30,109 nucleotides of DNA, taken from contig JACPIL010000048.1 of assembly GCA_016188105.1 (NCBI GenBank), forward strand, positions 1 through 30,109, written 5' to 3'. Of the stretch, positions 16,684 through 25,886 are shown one piece after another. The notes beneath the pieces were generated by a model that searched no databases, had not been told where the DNA came from, and saw only the letters and a program-made list of their open reading frames with translations. Numbering within the stretch: the first letter of the stretch is position 1; every line of letters starts with the position of its first letter. The position numbers and the translations under genes are program-made. Source of the DNA: Candidatus Woesearchaeota archaeon. GTDB taxonomy: Archaea > Nanobdellota > Nanobdellia > Woesearchaeales > GW2011-AR9.

Positions 16684-18332
16684 ACCTCCTTTTTATGAGT
16701 GATAATAAAATAAAACAAAAGAAGTAAAGCCGTCACAAACATCACCAAGCTTACGGGAATACCCCAGATAACAGTTCTACCTTCAAGATAAAAGAGTAAG
16801 GCCGAAGAGATGATAAGAGCAGAAATAATGATACCGATCACTCTCTTCCGATTAACATATTCAAATTCTTGTTCTAATTCTTTCAATTGAGAAATATCGA
16901 TCTGGGTAGGCCGTTCTGGTTCTTCCAATTTCTGCATAATTCTAAGCAGATGTTCAGGAAGATCTTCCAGCAATTCTTTTTGGCTCCATAATGTTCCGGC
17001 TATTTTTTTAGCTACTTTAGTCGGAGTATAGGTTTCCTGTAAATATTTTTCCGTAAATTCATCTAGCCCTTCAGAAACTTTAAATTGCGGATACAAGCTT
17101 GCTGCTAAGCCTTCCGCCTGGAAGAGCGACTTAGCCATTAAGACGTGGTTGGAATCAAAAATAACGCCATGTTGGGCTCCTTTTCCAATAATTTCATACA
17201 ATGCTTTGCCGATGCTCTTCTCGCTAATGGAACTTTTGTAGACTTCTTCCAATATTGATCTGGTTTCATTCTTGAAAGCTGGAAGGTCGGCTTTGCTGGT
17301 ATCCTTAGCTAAGGAAACTATGATATCAATGCTCTTACTGGGATCTTTATCATTCACGGAGGTGATGAAACGGATAACTTTTTTTCGGTCAGTAGGATTT
17401 AATTCTCCGACGATGCCGTAATCGATGTAGGCTAGCTTGCCATTTTTTTGGACAAAAATATTTGCAGGGTGCGGATCGGCATGAAACAATCCATGCAGCA
17501 GAGCTTGTTCTAAAATAGAAGTGAAATAAGTCATAACCAGGGTTTTGCGATTAATATGATATCTCTCCAGAGCAGCATAATCATTTATCTTTACGCCCTC
17601 TACAAAATCCATGGTTAAAACACGCTTAGAAGAAAAAGCTGGATACATCTTGGGGATAAATAGGCGATGATTATTTTTTAATTTCTCTCTCAAGATAGTT
17701 GCATTATGCCCTTCAATTTCGAAATTTAATTCTTTTCTGGTCCAGAGAGTAAATTCCTTAACCACATCAACCGGGTGATAATTTTTAATTTTAGGAAAAT
17801 GCTTCTCCAGGGTGTGAGCAAGATGAAAGAGGATATCTAAGTCCGTATCGATAATTTCTCGGAGGTTCGGCCGCTGTACTTTTACTACTACTTTTTTTCC
17901 CGACTTAAGAGTTGCTTTATGCACTTGAGAAACCGATGCTGAGGCTAAAGGCTTTTTGTCAAGGGATTTGAAAATTTTCTCTATTGGCCTCTTAAGATCT
18001 TCTTCAATAATTTTTTTAGCCTGGCGGTAGGAAAATGGCGGAACATGATCCTGAAGTTTTTCAAATTCTTCAGAATATTCTTTAGGGACTAAGTCTGGAC
18101 GCAGAGAAAGTAATTGGCCGAACTTGACGAATGTCGGGCCCAACCGTTCAAAGGCTCTTCGCAATCTGACTGCTTGCCGCTGCTTGTTTGAAAGCGGCAG
18201 AGTAGGTTTAATACGTTTATGCCAGGGCAAGTTCGTTTGCAACGGAGTTTTGCTGATATAGTAGCCCAAACCCTCTTCAACGAAAATAGCGATTATCTCT
18301 TGGAGTCGTTTGATGTCCTTAACTGGAAGCAA
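16680..18332 (-). CDS. UbiB/AarF/ABC1-family atypical kinase/ATPase with C-terminal TM helices
   Basis: KFGQ (KxGQ), ASASVSQVH, VVKVQRP, HADPHPAN, DYG; two C-terminal TM segments. Confidence 0.95.
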   Translation of the reverse strand: MLPVKDIKRLQEIIAIFVEEGLGYYISKTPLQTNLPWHKRIKPTLPLSNKQRQAVRLRRAFERLGPTFVKFGQLLSLRPDLVPKEYSEEFEKLQDHVPPFSYRQAKKIIEEDLKRPIEKIFKSLDKKPLASASVSQVHKATLKSGKKVVVKVQRPNLREIIDTDLDILFHLAHTLEKHFPKIKNYHPVDVVKEFTLWTRKELNFEIEGHNATILREKLKNNHRLFIPKMYPAFSSKRVLTMDFVEGVKINDYAALERYHINRKTLVMTYFTSILEQALLHGLFHADPHPANIFVQKNGKLAYIDYGIVGELNPTDRKKVIRFITSVNDKDPSKSIDIIVSLAKDTSKADLPAFKNETRSILEEVYKSSISEKSIGKALYEIIGKGAQHGVIFDSNHVLMAKSLFQAEGLAASLYPQFKVSEGLDEFTEKYLQETYTPTKVAKKIAGTLWSQKELLEDLPEHLLRIMQKLEEPERPTQIDISQLKELEQEFEYVNRKRVIGIIISALIISSALLFYLEGRTVIWGIPVSLVMFVTALLLLFYFIITHKKEV

Positions 18333-18436
18333 TTAGATCTACCTCTTTTTGTTATACTAAGGAAAAATAGTATATAAGAGTTTTGCTAGAAGTGGCTTAG
18401 TGGAAAAAGTCATTGCAAGAGTCGTTGCAACAATAA

Positions 18437-18625
18437 TTAAGCTTCTTGTTTCTTAAGCCTAGTCATGTATCCAGCGATGATATTACGGATCTTCTTACTT
18501 CCACCGCGAGTATATTGGTTAGTCAAGGTCTTATTCTGCTCGAAATCAGTGGTAAACTTTTGACCGTGAAGATTTAAGAGCTCTTTGGTCTTCCGCTTGA
18601 TCATAGTGGTTTTAATTCTTCCCAT
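18437..18625 (-). CDS. rps17e: 30S ribosomal protein S17e
   Basis: MGRIKT..IKR...FTTDFEQNK...SKKIRNIIAGYMT. Confidence 0.96.
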   Translation of the reverse strand: MGRIKTTMIKRKTKELLNLHGQKFTTDFEQNKTLTNQYTRGGSKKIRNIIAGYMTRLKKQEA

Positions 18626-18736
18626 ATCACAGGTAGGGAAGGAGGCTATTTATAAAGTTTTCTGAGGTTCCGGCTTAGTCAGAAAGCTGCCGAGTATGTG
18701 AAAAGTTTAAGTAAGAGAATCAATTTCAAAGGAAAA

Positions 18737-19963
18737 ATGAGCATAAAACAGGATCAAGCCCAGTTTGATCGAAAATTAAAAAAATTAAAAAAAGAGGGGC
18801 TCAAAAAATATTTCAGTTCTGAATCAATTATTGTACCGCGACCGCATGGAAAAAAACTCCAAGTACCTATTCGTAATTTAGATATTCCTCGGTTCCGTTT
18901 CGGATTAAATGATACTGGCGGTGTAGCGCAGGGCGATGGAGAAGAGGGTGATCCAGTTCCGGGAATGAACCGTGGTATGGGAAGAGGACCCGGCCATGGT
19001 TCTGGTACCGGAGAGCATGATTTTACTGAGTTAAGCTTGGAAGAGGCAGCCGAGATGTTGGGTGAGGAACTGGAACTGCCTAATCTTTTAGATAAATTTG
19101 AAGGAAAGGTAGGCGCAAAATCCTATAATCGATACACCAGCATACAGCGAGTCGGGCCAGAAGCGTTGCGCCATGGTAAGAGAACTTTCCGCCAAGGTCT
19201 TCTGCGCGGGATTACCAGCGGTGATTATAATCCTGATGATCCACGTATAATTCCCATCCACAATGATAAGAGATACAGATCAGCGAAGGAAGCAACCAAG
19301 CCATCTACAAAGGCAGCAGTGATTTATCTTTTGGATTATTCGGGATCGATGTACAATGTGATTGATTTTCTACAGAATGTCGGCTGGTGGGCTGACGCCT
19401 GGATCAAAAAACATTACGACAGTGTTGTCCACCGCTATGTGCAGTATGATTCCGTGGCCCAAGAAGTTGCGGCTGAAAATTTCTATTCTGTCCAGGCCGG
19501 CGGCGGAACCGATATGCGTGCTGGACTTTCTTTGGCAACAAAAATTGCCAAAAGTGATTTCCCAGAGTCAGAGTATAATCTCTATTTGATACACTTTACT
19601 GACGGCGATTGTTACGGGATAGAGGTCAGTGAAGAATATGTCGAACAATATCAAAGATGGGTTGAGGAACATCCCGAATTAGAAGATGAATTTGAAGCTC
19701 CGGAAGCAGGAAATCCGCTTACTGATTTTCTCATTCCGCGTTGCAGCGCCCTTTTTGTCTGTGAAGCAGGAGCTTATTATAATGGAATGATTAATTTTGG
19801 AGGCTTTGAGATGGGCGGTAATTACAGCGATCTGCTGCAAAATTTGACAAAAACAAGGCCTTCGCTGGAAGCAAAGGTACGCTGTGTTTCATTCACTGAC
19901 GAAGAAATAAAAGAAGGAAAGGGCGAAAAGATCAAAGAAACCTTGACCCATTGGTTTAAATAG
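18737..19963 (+). CDS. YeaH/YhbH (DUF444) VWA-domain protein
   Basis: VPIRNLDIPRFRFG, Gly-rich linker, ELELPNL, MIDAS DYSGS, GGT and HFTDGD. ATG 18737 preferred over GTG 18698. Confidence 0.88.
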   Translation: MSIKQDQAQFDRKLKKLKKEGLKKYFSSESIIVPRPHGKKLQVPIRNLDIPRFRFGLNDTGGVAQGDGEEGDPVPGMNRGMGRGPGHGSGTGEHDFTELSLEEAAEMLGEELELPNLLDKFEGKVGAKSYNRYTSIQRVGPEALRHGKRTFRQGLLRGITSGDYNPDDPRIIPIHNDKRYRSAKEATKPSTKAAVIYLLDYSGSMYNVIDFLQNVGWWADAWIKKHYDSVVHRYVQYDSVAQEVAAENFYSVQAGGGTDMRAGLSLATKIAKSDFPESEYNLYLIHFTDGDCYGIEVSEEYVEQYQRWVEEHPELEDEFEAPEAGNPLTDFLIPRCSALFVCEAGAYYNGMINFGGFEMGGNYSDLLQNLTKTRPSLEAKVRCVSFTDEEIKEGKGEKIKETLTHWFK

Positions 19964-20014
19964 ACCAGTATACTGATAAGTAATATTTATATATTAACAT
20001 ACTATTAATTGATT

Positions 20015-20416
20015 ATGGTTATTCTCATTGACCAACAGAATCTGCCTGAAGACATCTACAAAGTTATTTTTGCTACTGAACAACAAGAGATTGTAGCTAA
20101 GATGCTCATAAAATATATGGCAGAAAATGATGGGGAAATAGGAAAAACCGAGATGGGTTTATTTGCCAGCAATCTTCATGAAGGAAAAGCGATTATTAAG
20201 GAAAAAGGCAAATCGCCATTACAGCAAGAATCGCGAATGTCTTATAATAAGAGACAGTTTTACGATCGGATCCTTACCCCTATGCGGGGAATGGGATTGA
20301 TAGAATATGATCTATTCAAAAAAACATACAAGCTTTCTGATAGGTTTAACAGACTTATGATTAAAATTGGTTTGCTTTGGCTGAGAGAACTAGAGAGAAT
20401 AAAAAATCAAAAATAA
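20015..20416 (+). CDS. Hypothetical protein, possibly winged-helix
   Basis: RQFYDRILTPMRGMGLIEYD...KTYKLS resembles a wHTH recognition helix and wing; TATA TTTATATA at 19986-19993. Confidence 0.7.
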   Translation: MVILIDQQNLPEDIYKVIFATEQQEIVAKMLIKYMAENDGEIGKTEMGLFASNLHEGKAIIKEKGKSPLQQESRMSYNKRQFYDRILTPMRGMGLIEYDLFKKTYKLSDRFNRLMIKIGLLWLRELERIKNQK

Positions 20417-20452
20417 ACATACTCGTGCTTCAACTTATGTTTTTTGATAAAA

Positions 20453-20944
20453 TTACTGGCGCATGGTTTGCCGCACTAAATTAGCTTTTCGCGTTTCTTC
20501 GATTAAATTTTCCAACATCTCCAAAATTTGATGAGGATTATCGATATCTTTGAGTTCAAGATTGCTGTTTCCAACCTGTAGGTGAACTGTTCCAAAACCG
20601 AGAAGCCGTTGTAGTGCACCCTGCCTAATATTGAGATCAGGAATAAACCCAAGCGGTTGGTAATAGACATTCTTTTTTCTAATCTTCAGCACACCTTTGG
20701 TAACAGATAATTTTGTGGGCATGATTTTATATCGATCACCAAAATATCGTCGTAATTCTGTTCCAGCCAGACCAATAAATCCTAGTCCAGAAAGCAAGTA
20801 AGTTATACTTTCAGGCAGGTCAATTTGTTTTATCAAACCTATAAGCAGAAGCGCAAGCAGAAAAAACCCACAAGTATATTCAACTAGAAAGGCTTTTCGT
20901 GAATGACGTAAAGTCATAAGAACTTTATCATTAGCCTCTTCCAT
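20453..20944 (-). other. C-terminal two-TM plus bacterial PH-like domain fused to MetK
   Basis: From Met at 20944: two hydrophobic helices, then [16 protein letters not shown]...[13 protein letters not shown] typical of bPH_2/YdbS-like domains. Confidence 0.65.
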
Positions 20945-23431
20945 CTGAGAGAGGAGGGTTTTTTCCCAAGTAAAGTCCGGATCATTCCGGCCAAAGTGCC
21001 CATAAGCGGCTGTTTTTCGATAAATCGGCCGCCGTAACTGTAATTGTTCAATAATCGCTTTTGGACGGAAATCAAAGTGCTTTTTCACGGCTTCTACTAT
21101 TTTTTCTTCCGGAATTTTATTGGTTCCAAAGGTATTAACAAATATGCTTACCGGCGCAGCTATACCGATGGCATAGGCAACCTGAACCTCGCAACGGTCA
21201 GCCAAACCGGCAGCAATAATATTTTTTGCTACATATCGAGCATAGTACGCTGCGGAGCGGTCTACTTTGGTGGGATCTTTGCCAGAATTATGGCAAACAA
21301 ACCCATTAGCAGTAAAGGTATGTGAATAGGGTATGTTTAAGTCGTAGGTATGGGCAAAAGAAGGAATTTTATTTTTAATAGGAGAGTAATAGTGCTCCAT
21401 GAGTATTAATTCCTGCAGTTCTGTAAAATCTTTCTCAGCATTCAACAATTGTCCATAGGCATCGATAAATTCCCTCGCTTTCTCATAAGTCAATTCTTTA
21501 GTGGCTTTGCCTTCTGAACTTCTGGTCAGGCGACCAATTTTACAAAAATCTTTTTTCTGTTCAGATAATGGCAATTTCTGAAATAACCGAATTATTCTTT
21601 CTCTTTGATTTGGAATAATCTGCAAATCTCTTTTAGCTGGAACATTTTCATCTAAAGTTTTTTGTTTTCTGGAGAGTCCAAAACCAATATGTTCCTTAAA
21701 CAATTGAACACTCTTGCTTCCTTTTATAGTAACATCATAGCGAGTGTGCACCGAATTAATTTTCCTTCCTCCGATGTATCCCTTTTTTTCAGTCATTGAA
21801 ACTGTAAATATTTTTGAAATGATGCCAAAATTAAGTAATAGCAACTGAACTTCTTCAGCCAATCTTCGGCTGGTCGTAGCCAGATGGATTCGAATGGTAT
21901 TCTTATTTCTTCCATCAATGCGCACGCTTCCGTCAGTATCGAAAAGTCCTCGTAAGAAAGCTGCATAATTTTCTTTTGAAGCGTTAAAAATCGCCCGTGG
22001 AACAGTTTTCTCAAATGATTTGGCATTGGTGAGCCCTAAATGTTCTAAATATGCTCGCAATTCAACTCCACCAAGATAGGCCCAGTGACCATAAACTTTA
22101 CCTTCCTCACCAGAAATTTGGCGGTAGATTCTCTGGACAATATTCTGCATTTCCGTTTCACAGACACACAGTTTTATGGATCCTCTGTCGGTGCATAGGC
22201 CATCGCCGATTAGCAAACCCAATAGATACGCATAGTTCTCGGTTAGAGTTTCTGGAAACGTGTATCGCTTGACACGACGAGGAGCTGTTCCTTCTTTATG
22301 AGTGAATTTAAATTTTGGTATGACATTATCGCCAAATAACCTATTTTTAGTCTGAATTGCAATTCTGTCTCCAGAAGATATTTTTTCAACCGGTCTCCAT
22401 ACATAATTTCCGTTTTGATCAATTATCCTGAAATTATGATTCAAAGTAGCTTCAACTTGATATCCATCTTCAGTTATAAGAACTTCAGTTATTTTTACGC
22501 CATTATCATACCAAGCACCAGCAGGCATGGGATGTACGTCTGTTTTTACCAGCAATCCTTTTTCACCTATTTGCTGACATTTGCTGATTTTAAACAGTCC
22601 TTTTTCAGTATTGATTAAAGAATTGCCGGCAAGACAAAAAGCCCCGCCGCCATGACGGCCGTAGCCGCCGTAAGTGTCAACAATAATTTTTCGGCCGGTT
22701 ACGCCAGCGTCACCGACTGGACCGCCAATAACAAATGCGCCGGTTGGATTAATGAAATATTTAGTGTTTTCATCGATCCATTCATAGCAAATCGGCTTAA
22801 TTATTTTTTCGATAACATCACGACGAAGATTTTCCCGGCTGACATCAGGATGATGCTGAGTGGAAACAACCACTGTATCTACTCGTTTAGGCACACCATT
22901 TTCGTATTCAACTGTAACCTGCGATTTTCCGTCAGGACGCAGATACCAGAGTTCACCACGTTTTCTCGCGCTTGCTATTCGCTGAGTTAATTTATGGGCA
23001 AGCATGATCGGCAAGGGCATATACTCCGGAGTTTCGTTGCTAGCATATCCGAACATCAATCCTTGATCTCCTGCGCCTTGTTCTTGGTATAAGCCAGCAT
23101 TTTCATCAACACCTTGAGCAATGTCTGGTGATTGTTCAGAAAGAGCAACTAAGACTCCGCAGGTCTCTCCGTCGAAACCTAATTCTGGTTTGTTGTATCC
23201 AATACTTTTTACTGTTTCACGGGCAATTTTCTGCACGTCGATTATTGCTGACGTCGTAACCTCGCCTGCTATGACCACAAAGCCGGTCTTAGTAAGGCAT
23301 TCTACTGCAACTCTCCCGAAGGGATCCTGTTCTAAAATTGCATCAAGGATTGCGTCGGAAACTTGGTCGCAGATTTTGTCTGGATGTCCTTCGGTAACAC
23401 TTTCAGATGTAAAAAAATAATTTGTATTCAT
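20453..23431 (-). CDS. metK: Bacterial-type S-adenosylmethionine synthetase precursor with intein and C-terminal membrane/PH-like fusion
   Basis: [57 protein letters not shown] and YGHFGR..FTWEK. ATG 23431 follows SD GAGGTG; the track's GTG start is part of that SD. Confidence 0.95.
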   Translation of the reverse strand: MNTNYFFTSESVTEGHPDKICDQVSDAILDAILEQDPFGRVAVECLTKTGFVVIAGEVTTSAIIDVQKIARETVKSIGYNKPELGFDGETCGVLVALSEQSPDIAQGVDENAGLYQEQGAGDQGLMFGYASNETPEYMPLPIMLAHKLTQRIASARKRGELWYLRPDGKSQVTVEYENGVPKRVDTVVVSTQHHPDVSRENLRRDVIEKIIKPICYEWIDENTKYFINPTGAFVIGGPVGDAGVTGRKIIVDTYGGYGRHGGGAFCLAGNSLINTEKGLFKISKCQQIGEKGLLVKTDVHPMPAGAWYDNGVKITEVLITEDGYQVEATLNHNFRIIDQNGNYVWRPVEKISSGDRIAIQTKNRLFGDNVIPKFKFTHKEGTAPRRVKRYTFPETLTENYAYLLGLLIGDGLCTDRGSIKLCVCETEMQNIVQRIYRQISGEEGKVYGHWAYLGGVELRAYLEHLGLTNAKSFEKTVPRAIFNASKENYAAFLRGLFDTDGSVRIDGRNKNTIRIHLATTSRRLAEEVQLLLLNFGIISKIFTVSMTEKKGYIGGRKINSVHTRYDVTIKGSKSVQLFKEHIGFGLSRKQKTLDENVPAKRDLQIIPNQRERIIRLFQKLPLSEQKKDFCKIGRLTRSSEGKATKELTYEKAREFIDAYGQLLNAEKDFTELQELILMEHYYSPIKNKIPSFAHTYDLNIPYSHTFTANGFVCHNSGKDPTKVDRSAAYYARYVAKNIIAAGLADRCEVQVAYAIGIAAPVSIFVNTFGTNKIPEEKIVEAVKKHFDFRPKAIIEQLQLRRPIYRKTAAYGHFGRNDPDFTWEKTLLSQMEEANDKVLMTLRHSRKAFLVEYTCGFFLLALLLIGLIKQIDLPESITYLLSGLGFIGLAGTELRRYFGDRYKIMPTKLSVTKGVLKIRKKNVYYQPLGFIPDLNIRQGALQRLLGFGTVHLQVGNSNLELKDIDNPHQILEMLENLIEETRKANLVRQTMRQ
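21287..22636 (-). mobile_element. Intein (450 aa) with LAGLIDADG homing endonuclease in metK
   Basis: Block A CLAGNSLI, block [18 protein letters not shown] blocks [10 protein letters not shown] and [10 protein letters not shown], block F TYDLNI, terminal HN followed by Ser+1. Excision restores GGGAF-SGKD. Confidence 0.96.
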
Positions 23432-23500
23432 ATGATCCACCTCATGGTTTATTTAAATTGGGAATTAATAAAGTTAGTGAAATAATGCTCTTTTGATTTT

Positions 23501-23908
23501 TCATCTATACTTCCCAAAAGTATTTCTTGTATCATTCGGAGCAAAGGGAAGGTTCTGTCTTTTTTTTGCAGATTCCCTACTTTTGTAAATGGAAAGATCA
23601 TAGAATATTTGTGCTAATTCCGCCATCTCTTCTCCAGCAATTGTTCCTTGCAAAGCTTCTCCATGCTCAGTAAAATATCCGCAAAGGCCCGAAAGCGATA
23701 TTTCTCCTTTGCTCTCTTGGTTAGCAATTGTAAGCACATCAATGATAGCATTTTGGGCATCGCGTACTTCTGCGGGATCCCTATCTTCGGTAGCCACTAG
23801 ATTACTCAGTACATCATCGATAATCCGCTGGGCCGATTCTGGAATTCTTGCGTATATTCCGGTTGTTGATCTCATTTCTTCCTCCATATTGGTATTTATT
23901 TTATTCAC
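23501..23908 (-). CDS. Hypothetical protein
   Basis: 135-aa ORF upstream of metK; no family recognised. Confidence 0.65.
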   Translation of the reverse strand: MNKINTNMEEEMRSTTGIYARIPESAQRIIDDVLSNLVATEDRDPAEVRDAQNAIIDVLTIANQESKGEISLSGLCGYFTEHGEALQGTIAGEEMAELAQIFYDLSIYKSRESAKKRQNLPFAPNDTRNTFGKYR

Positions 23909-24033
23909 GATCTATTCTTAATATAAACTTTCTTGCAAATATTATTCCTTTAAGAATAATCATCTGGGGAATAAATATCAATACCCTTATTCCTTTGGTA
24001 ATATTTATATAGTCAAAATCAATTTCGAGAATC

Positions 24034-24573
24034 ATGATGGAAATCCAGAACATTAAGAAAATGCGCCAGGCCTTAGGGTTAACCCAGCACCAATTTGCAA
24101 AACAGGCAAGTGTCTCCCAATCGCTGATCGCAAAGATAGAATCTGGGAGAGTTGACCCTGCCTATTCTAAAGTAAAACAAATCGAAGAAGCTCTACATCT
24201 GCTCTCTGCCAAAAAAGAGTTATCTTTGGATGAGATCATGACCAAAAAAATCATCACGGTTAAACCTTCAGAGAAAGCTGCAGAAGTTATTAAACTTATG
24301 AACCGGAAAAATATTTCTCAAATTCCGGTTGTGGAGAGAGATAATATCATAGGAGTAGTAAGTGAATCTTCCGCATTGGCGCACGCGGAGAGATTAAAAA
24401 ATAGTACAGTGGCAGAAATAATGGATGAAGCTCCGCCAATTGTTCCCCAGACTACCAGCATTTCAGTAGTTTCAAGTTTATTAAAACATTACTCTCTGGT
24501 CTTAGTAAAAGAGAAAGGCACCCTAGTAGGGATTATCACCAAGGCAGATTTACTACGGAAAGCGTTCATTTAG
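24034..24573 (+). CDS. XRE-type HTH + tandem CBS domain transcriptional regulator
   Basis: RQALGLTQHQFAKQASVSQSLIAKIESG, then ISQIPVV...GVVSE and LVGIITKADLL. Confidence 0.92.
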   Translation: MMEIQNIKKMRQALGLTQHQFAKQASVSQSLIAKIESGRVDPAYSKVKQIEEALHLLSAKKELSLDEIMTKKIITVKPSEKAAEVIKLMNRKNISQIPVVERDNIIGVVSESSALAHAERLKNSTVAEIMDEAPPIVPQTTSISVVSSLLKHYSLVLVKEKGTLVGIITKADLLRKAFI

Positions 24574-24598
24574 CTTGAAAAAATTGGTTTAAAATAAA

Positions 24599-25471
24599 TC
24601 AGTTCTTATCCAAAGCCTGAAAGGCAAGAATATCTTCAGTCCTTAGTTTCTGTCTTTTCTTTATCTTTTCTTGCACTTCGGCAGTTTTTTCCTTTATCTG
24701 CTGGCTGAAAGATTTCTTTTCTTCATCGCTAAAGATCTTGCCAAGTTCTTTAACTCTGGAAAAAGTCTCTTCCAAGGGCTTTTTCATTTGTTCATGTTGA
24801 TTTTTGAGTTCAAAATACTTTTGAGCTAGCGATTTTTCTTTTTCACGTAATTGGTTAAGCTCCTGATAGAGAGCAGTAAGCTGTTCATGCTTGTTTTGCG
24901 ACAGAATCGCAGTATCCTGCACTTCTTGATGGGATTGCTGCGCTTTTCTGCGATGTTCTGCTGCCTCGACAGCTGCGTTGTGGATGTCTTTGGAAATTTC
25001 TCCCAGCTGAGTCAATCTCTTATAATCTACCTGGAGCAATTTTATTTTTTTCCTGATTTTCTCTTCTTCAGGAAAAGGCATGACTTCCGTTTCCAGCTGG
25101 TGTTCTAATTGCGCCATGATCGCTTTGATCCTAGAAGGATTTCCTTTAAGTTCTGCTTTTTCTGTCAATTCTTTTTTCTTTTGGTCAGCTTCTTTTTTAT
25201 GAGTAAATTTTTCCTGCATAACGAGATTCAATTTATTCCTTTCCTGTTTTAATTCCTGCACTTTTTTAGTTAGATTATCTCGTTCCTGCTTAATGGAGTT
25301 AATTTTGGCTAAAGCAGATTTGATCGATTCTTTCGCAGAACGCAGCTGGCGGAAATATTCTTCTTTTTCAGCGTGTATAGAAGCAAGTTGCGAACGCAGC
25401 ATAGAAAATTCTTTTTTCTTCTCTCGGAATTCCGTTCGAAGTTCAGACACTTGGTGGTGGTTGGCTTCCAT
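24599..25471 (-). CDS. Archaeal long coiled-coil protein (COG1340-like)
   Basis: Heptad-rich throughout; EEEKIRKKI centre and C-terminal KLRTEDILAFQ. Confidence 0.75.
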   Translation of the reverse strand: MEANHHQVSELRTEFREKKKEFSMLRSQLASIHAEKEEYFRQLRSAKESIKSALAKINSIKQERDNLTKKVQELKQERNKLNLVMQEKFTHKKEADQKKKELTEKAELKGNPSRIKAIMAQLEHQLETEVMPFPEEEKIRKKIKLLQVDYKRLTQLGEISKDIHNAAVEAAEHRRKAQQSHQEVQDTAILSQNKHEQLTALYQELNQLREKEKSLAQKYFELKNQHEQMKKPLEETFSRVKELGKIFSDEEKKSFSQQIKEKTAEVQEKIKKRQKLRTEDILAFQALDKN

Positions 25472-25521
25472 ATCTTTGTAGAGATAAAAATAAAAAAAAT
25501 TAAAGAAAAATTAAGAAAGAC

Positions 25522-25833
25522 TTAGCCAAATAGCGCGCCCAAACCTGCAGCGGCAGATTCTTCAGCTTTTTTGCCATCTTCTTTCTTCTTTTCTTCTTTC
25601 TTAGCTTCCCCGGCAGGAGCAGCACTAGCAGCAGGCGCAGCGGCGACTGCGGTAACAGTAGCGGCTTTCTGGACTGCTTCTTCGATATTGACACCTTCAA
25701 GAGCAGCCACTAGAGCTTTTACTCTCGCTTCGTCAACATGAACTCCAGCTGCGCTTAAGACTGCCTTAACGGCATCAGTGGTAATGCTCTTACCTGCTTT
25801 GTGAAGCAACATTGCGGCGTAAATGTATTCCAT
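25522..25833 (-). CDS. rpl12: Ribosomal stalk protein L12/P1
   Basis: [11 protein letters not shown]..., Ala-rich hinge and [10 protein letters not shown] tail. Confidence 0.97.
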   Translation of the reverse strand: MEYIYAAMLLHKAGKSITTDAVKAVLSAAGVHVDEARVKALVAALEGVNIEEAVQKAATVTAVAAAPAASAAPAGEAKKEEKKKEDGKKAEESAAAGLGALFG

Positions 25834-25886
25834 TTTTGTTTTCCTCCAAATATTTAATTTTGTTTTTTAATTTTATTTATCCTTAC

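Noticed and set aside
23432-23500. SAM riboswitch upstream of metK
   Set aside because: The spacer is short and AT-rich with no stem structure or SAM-I/II core motif.
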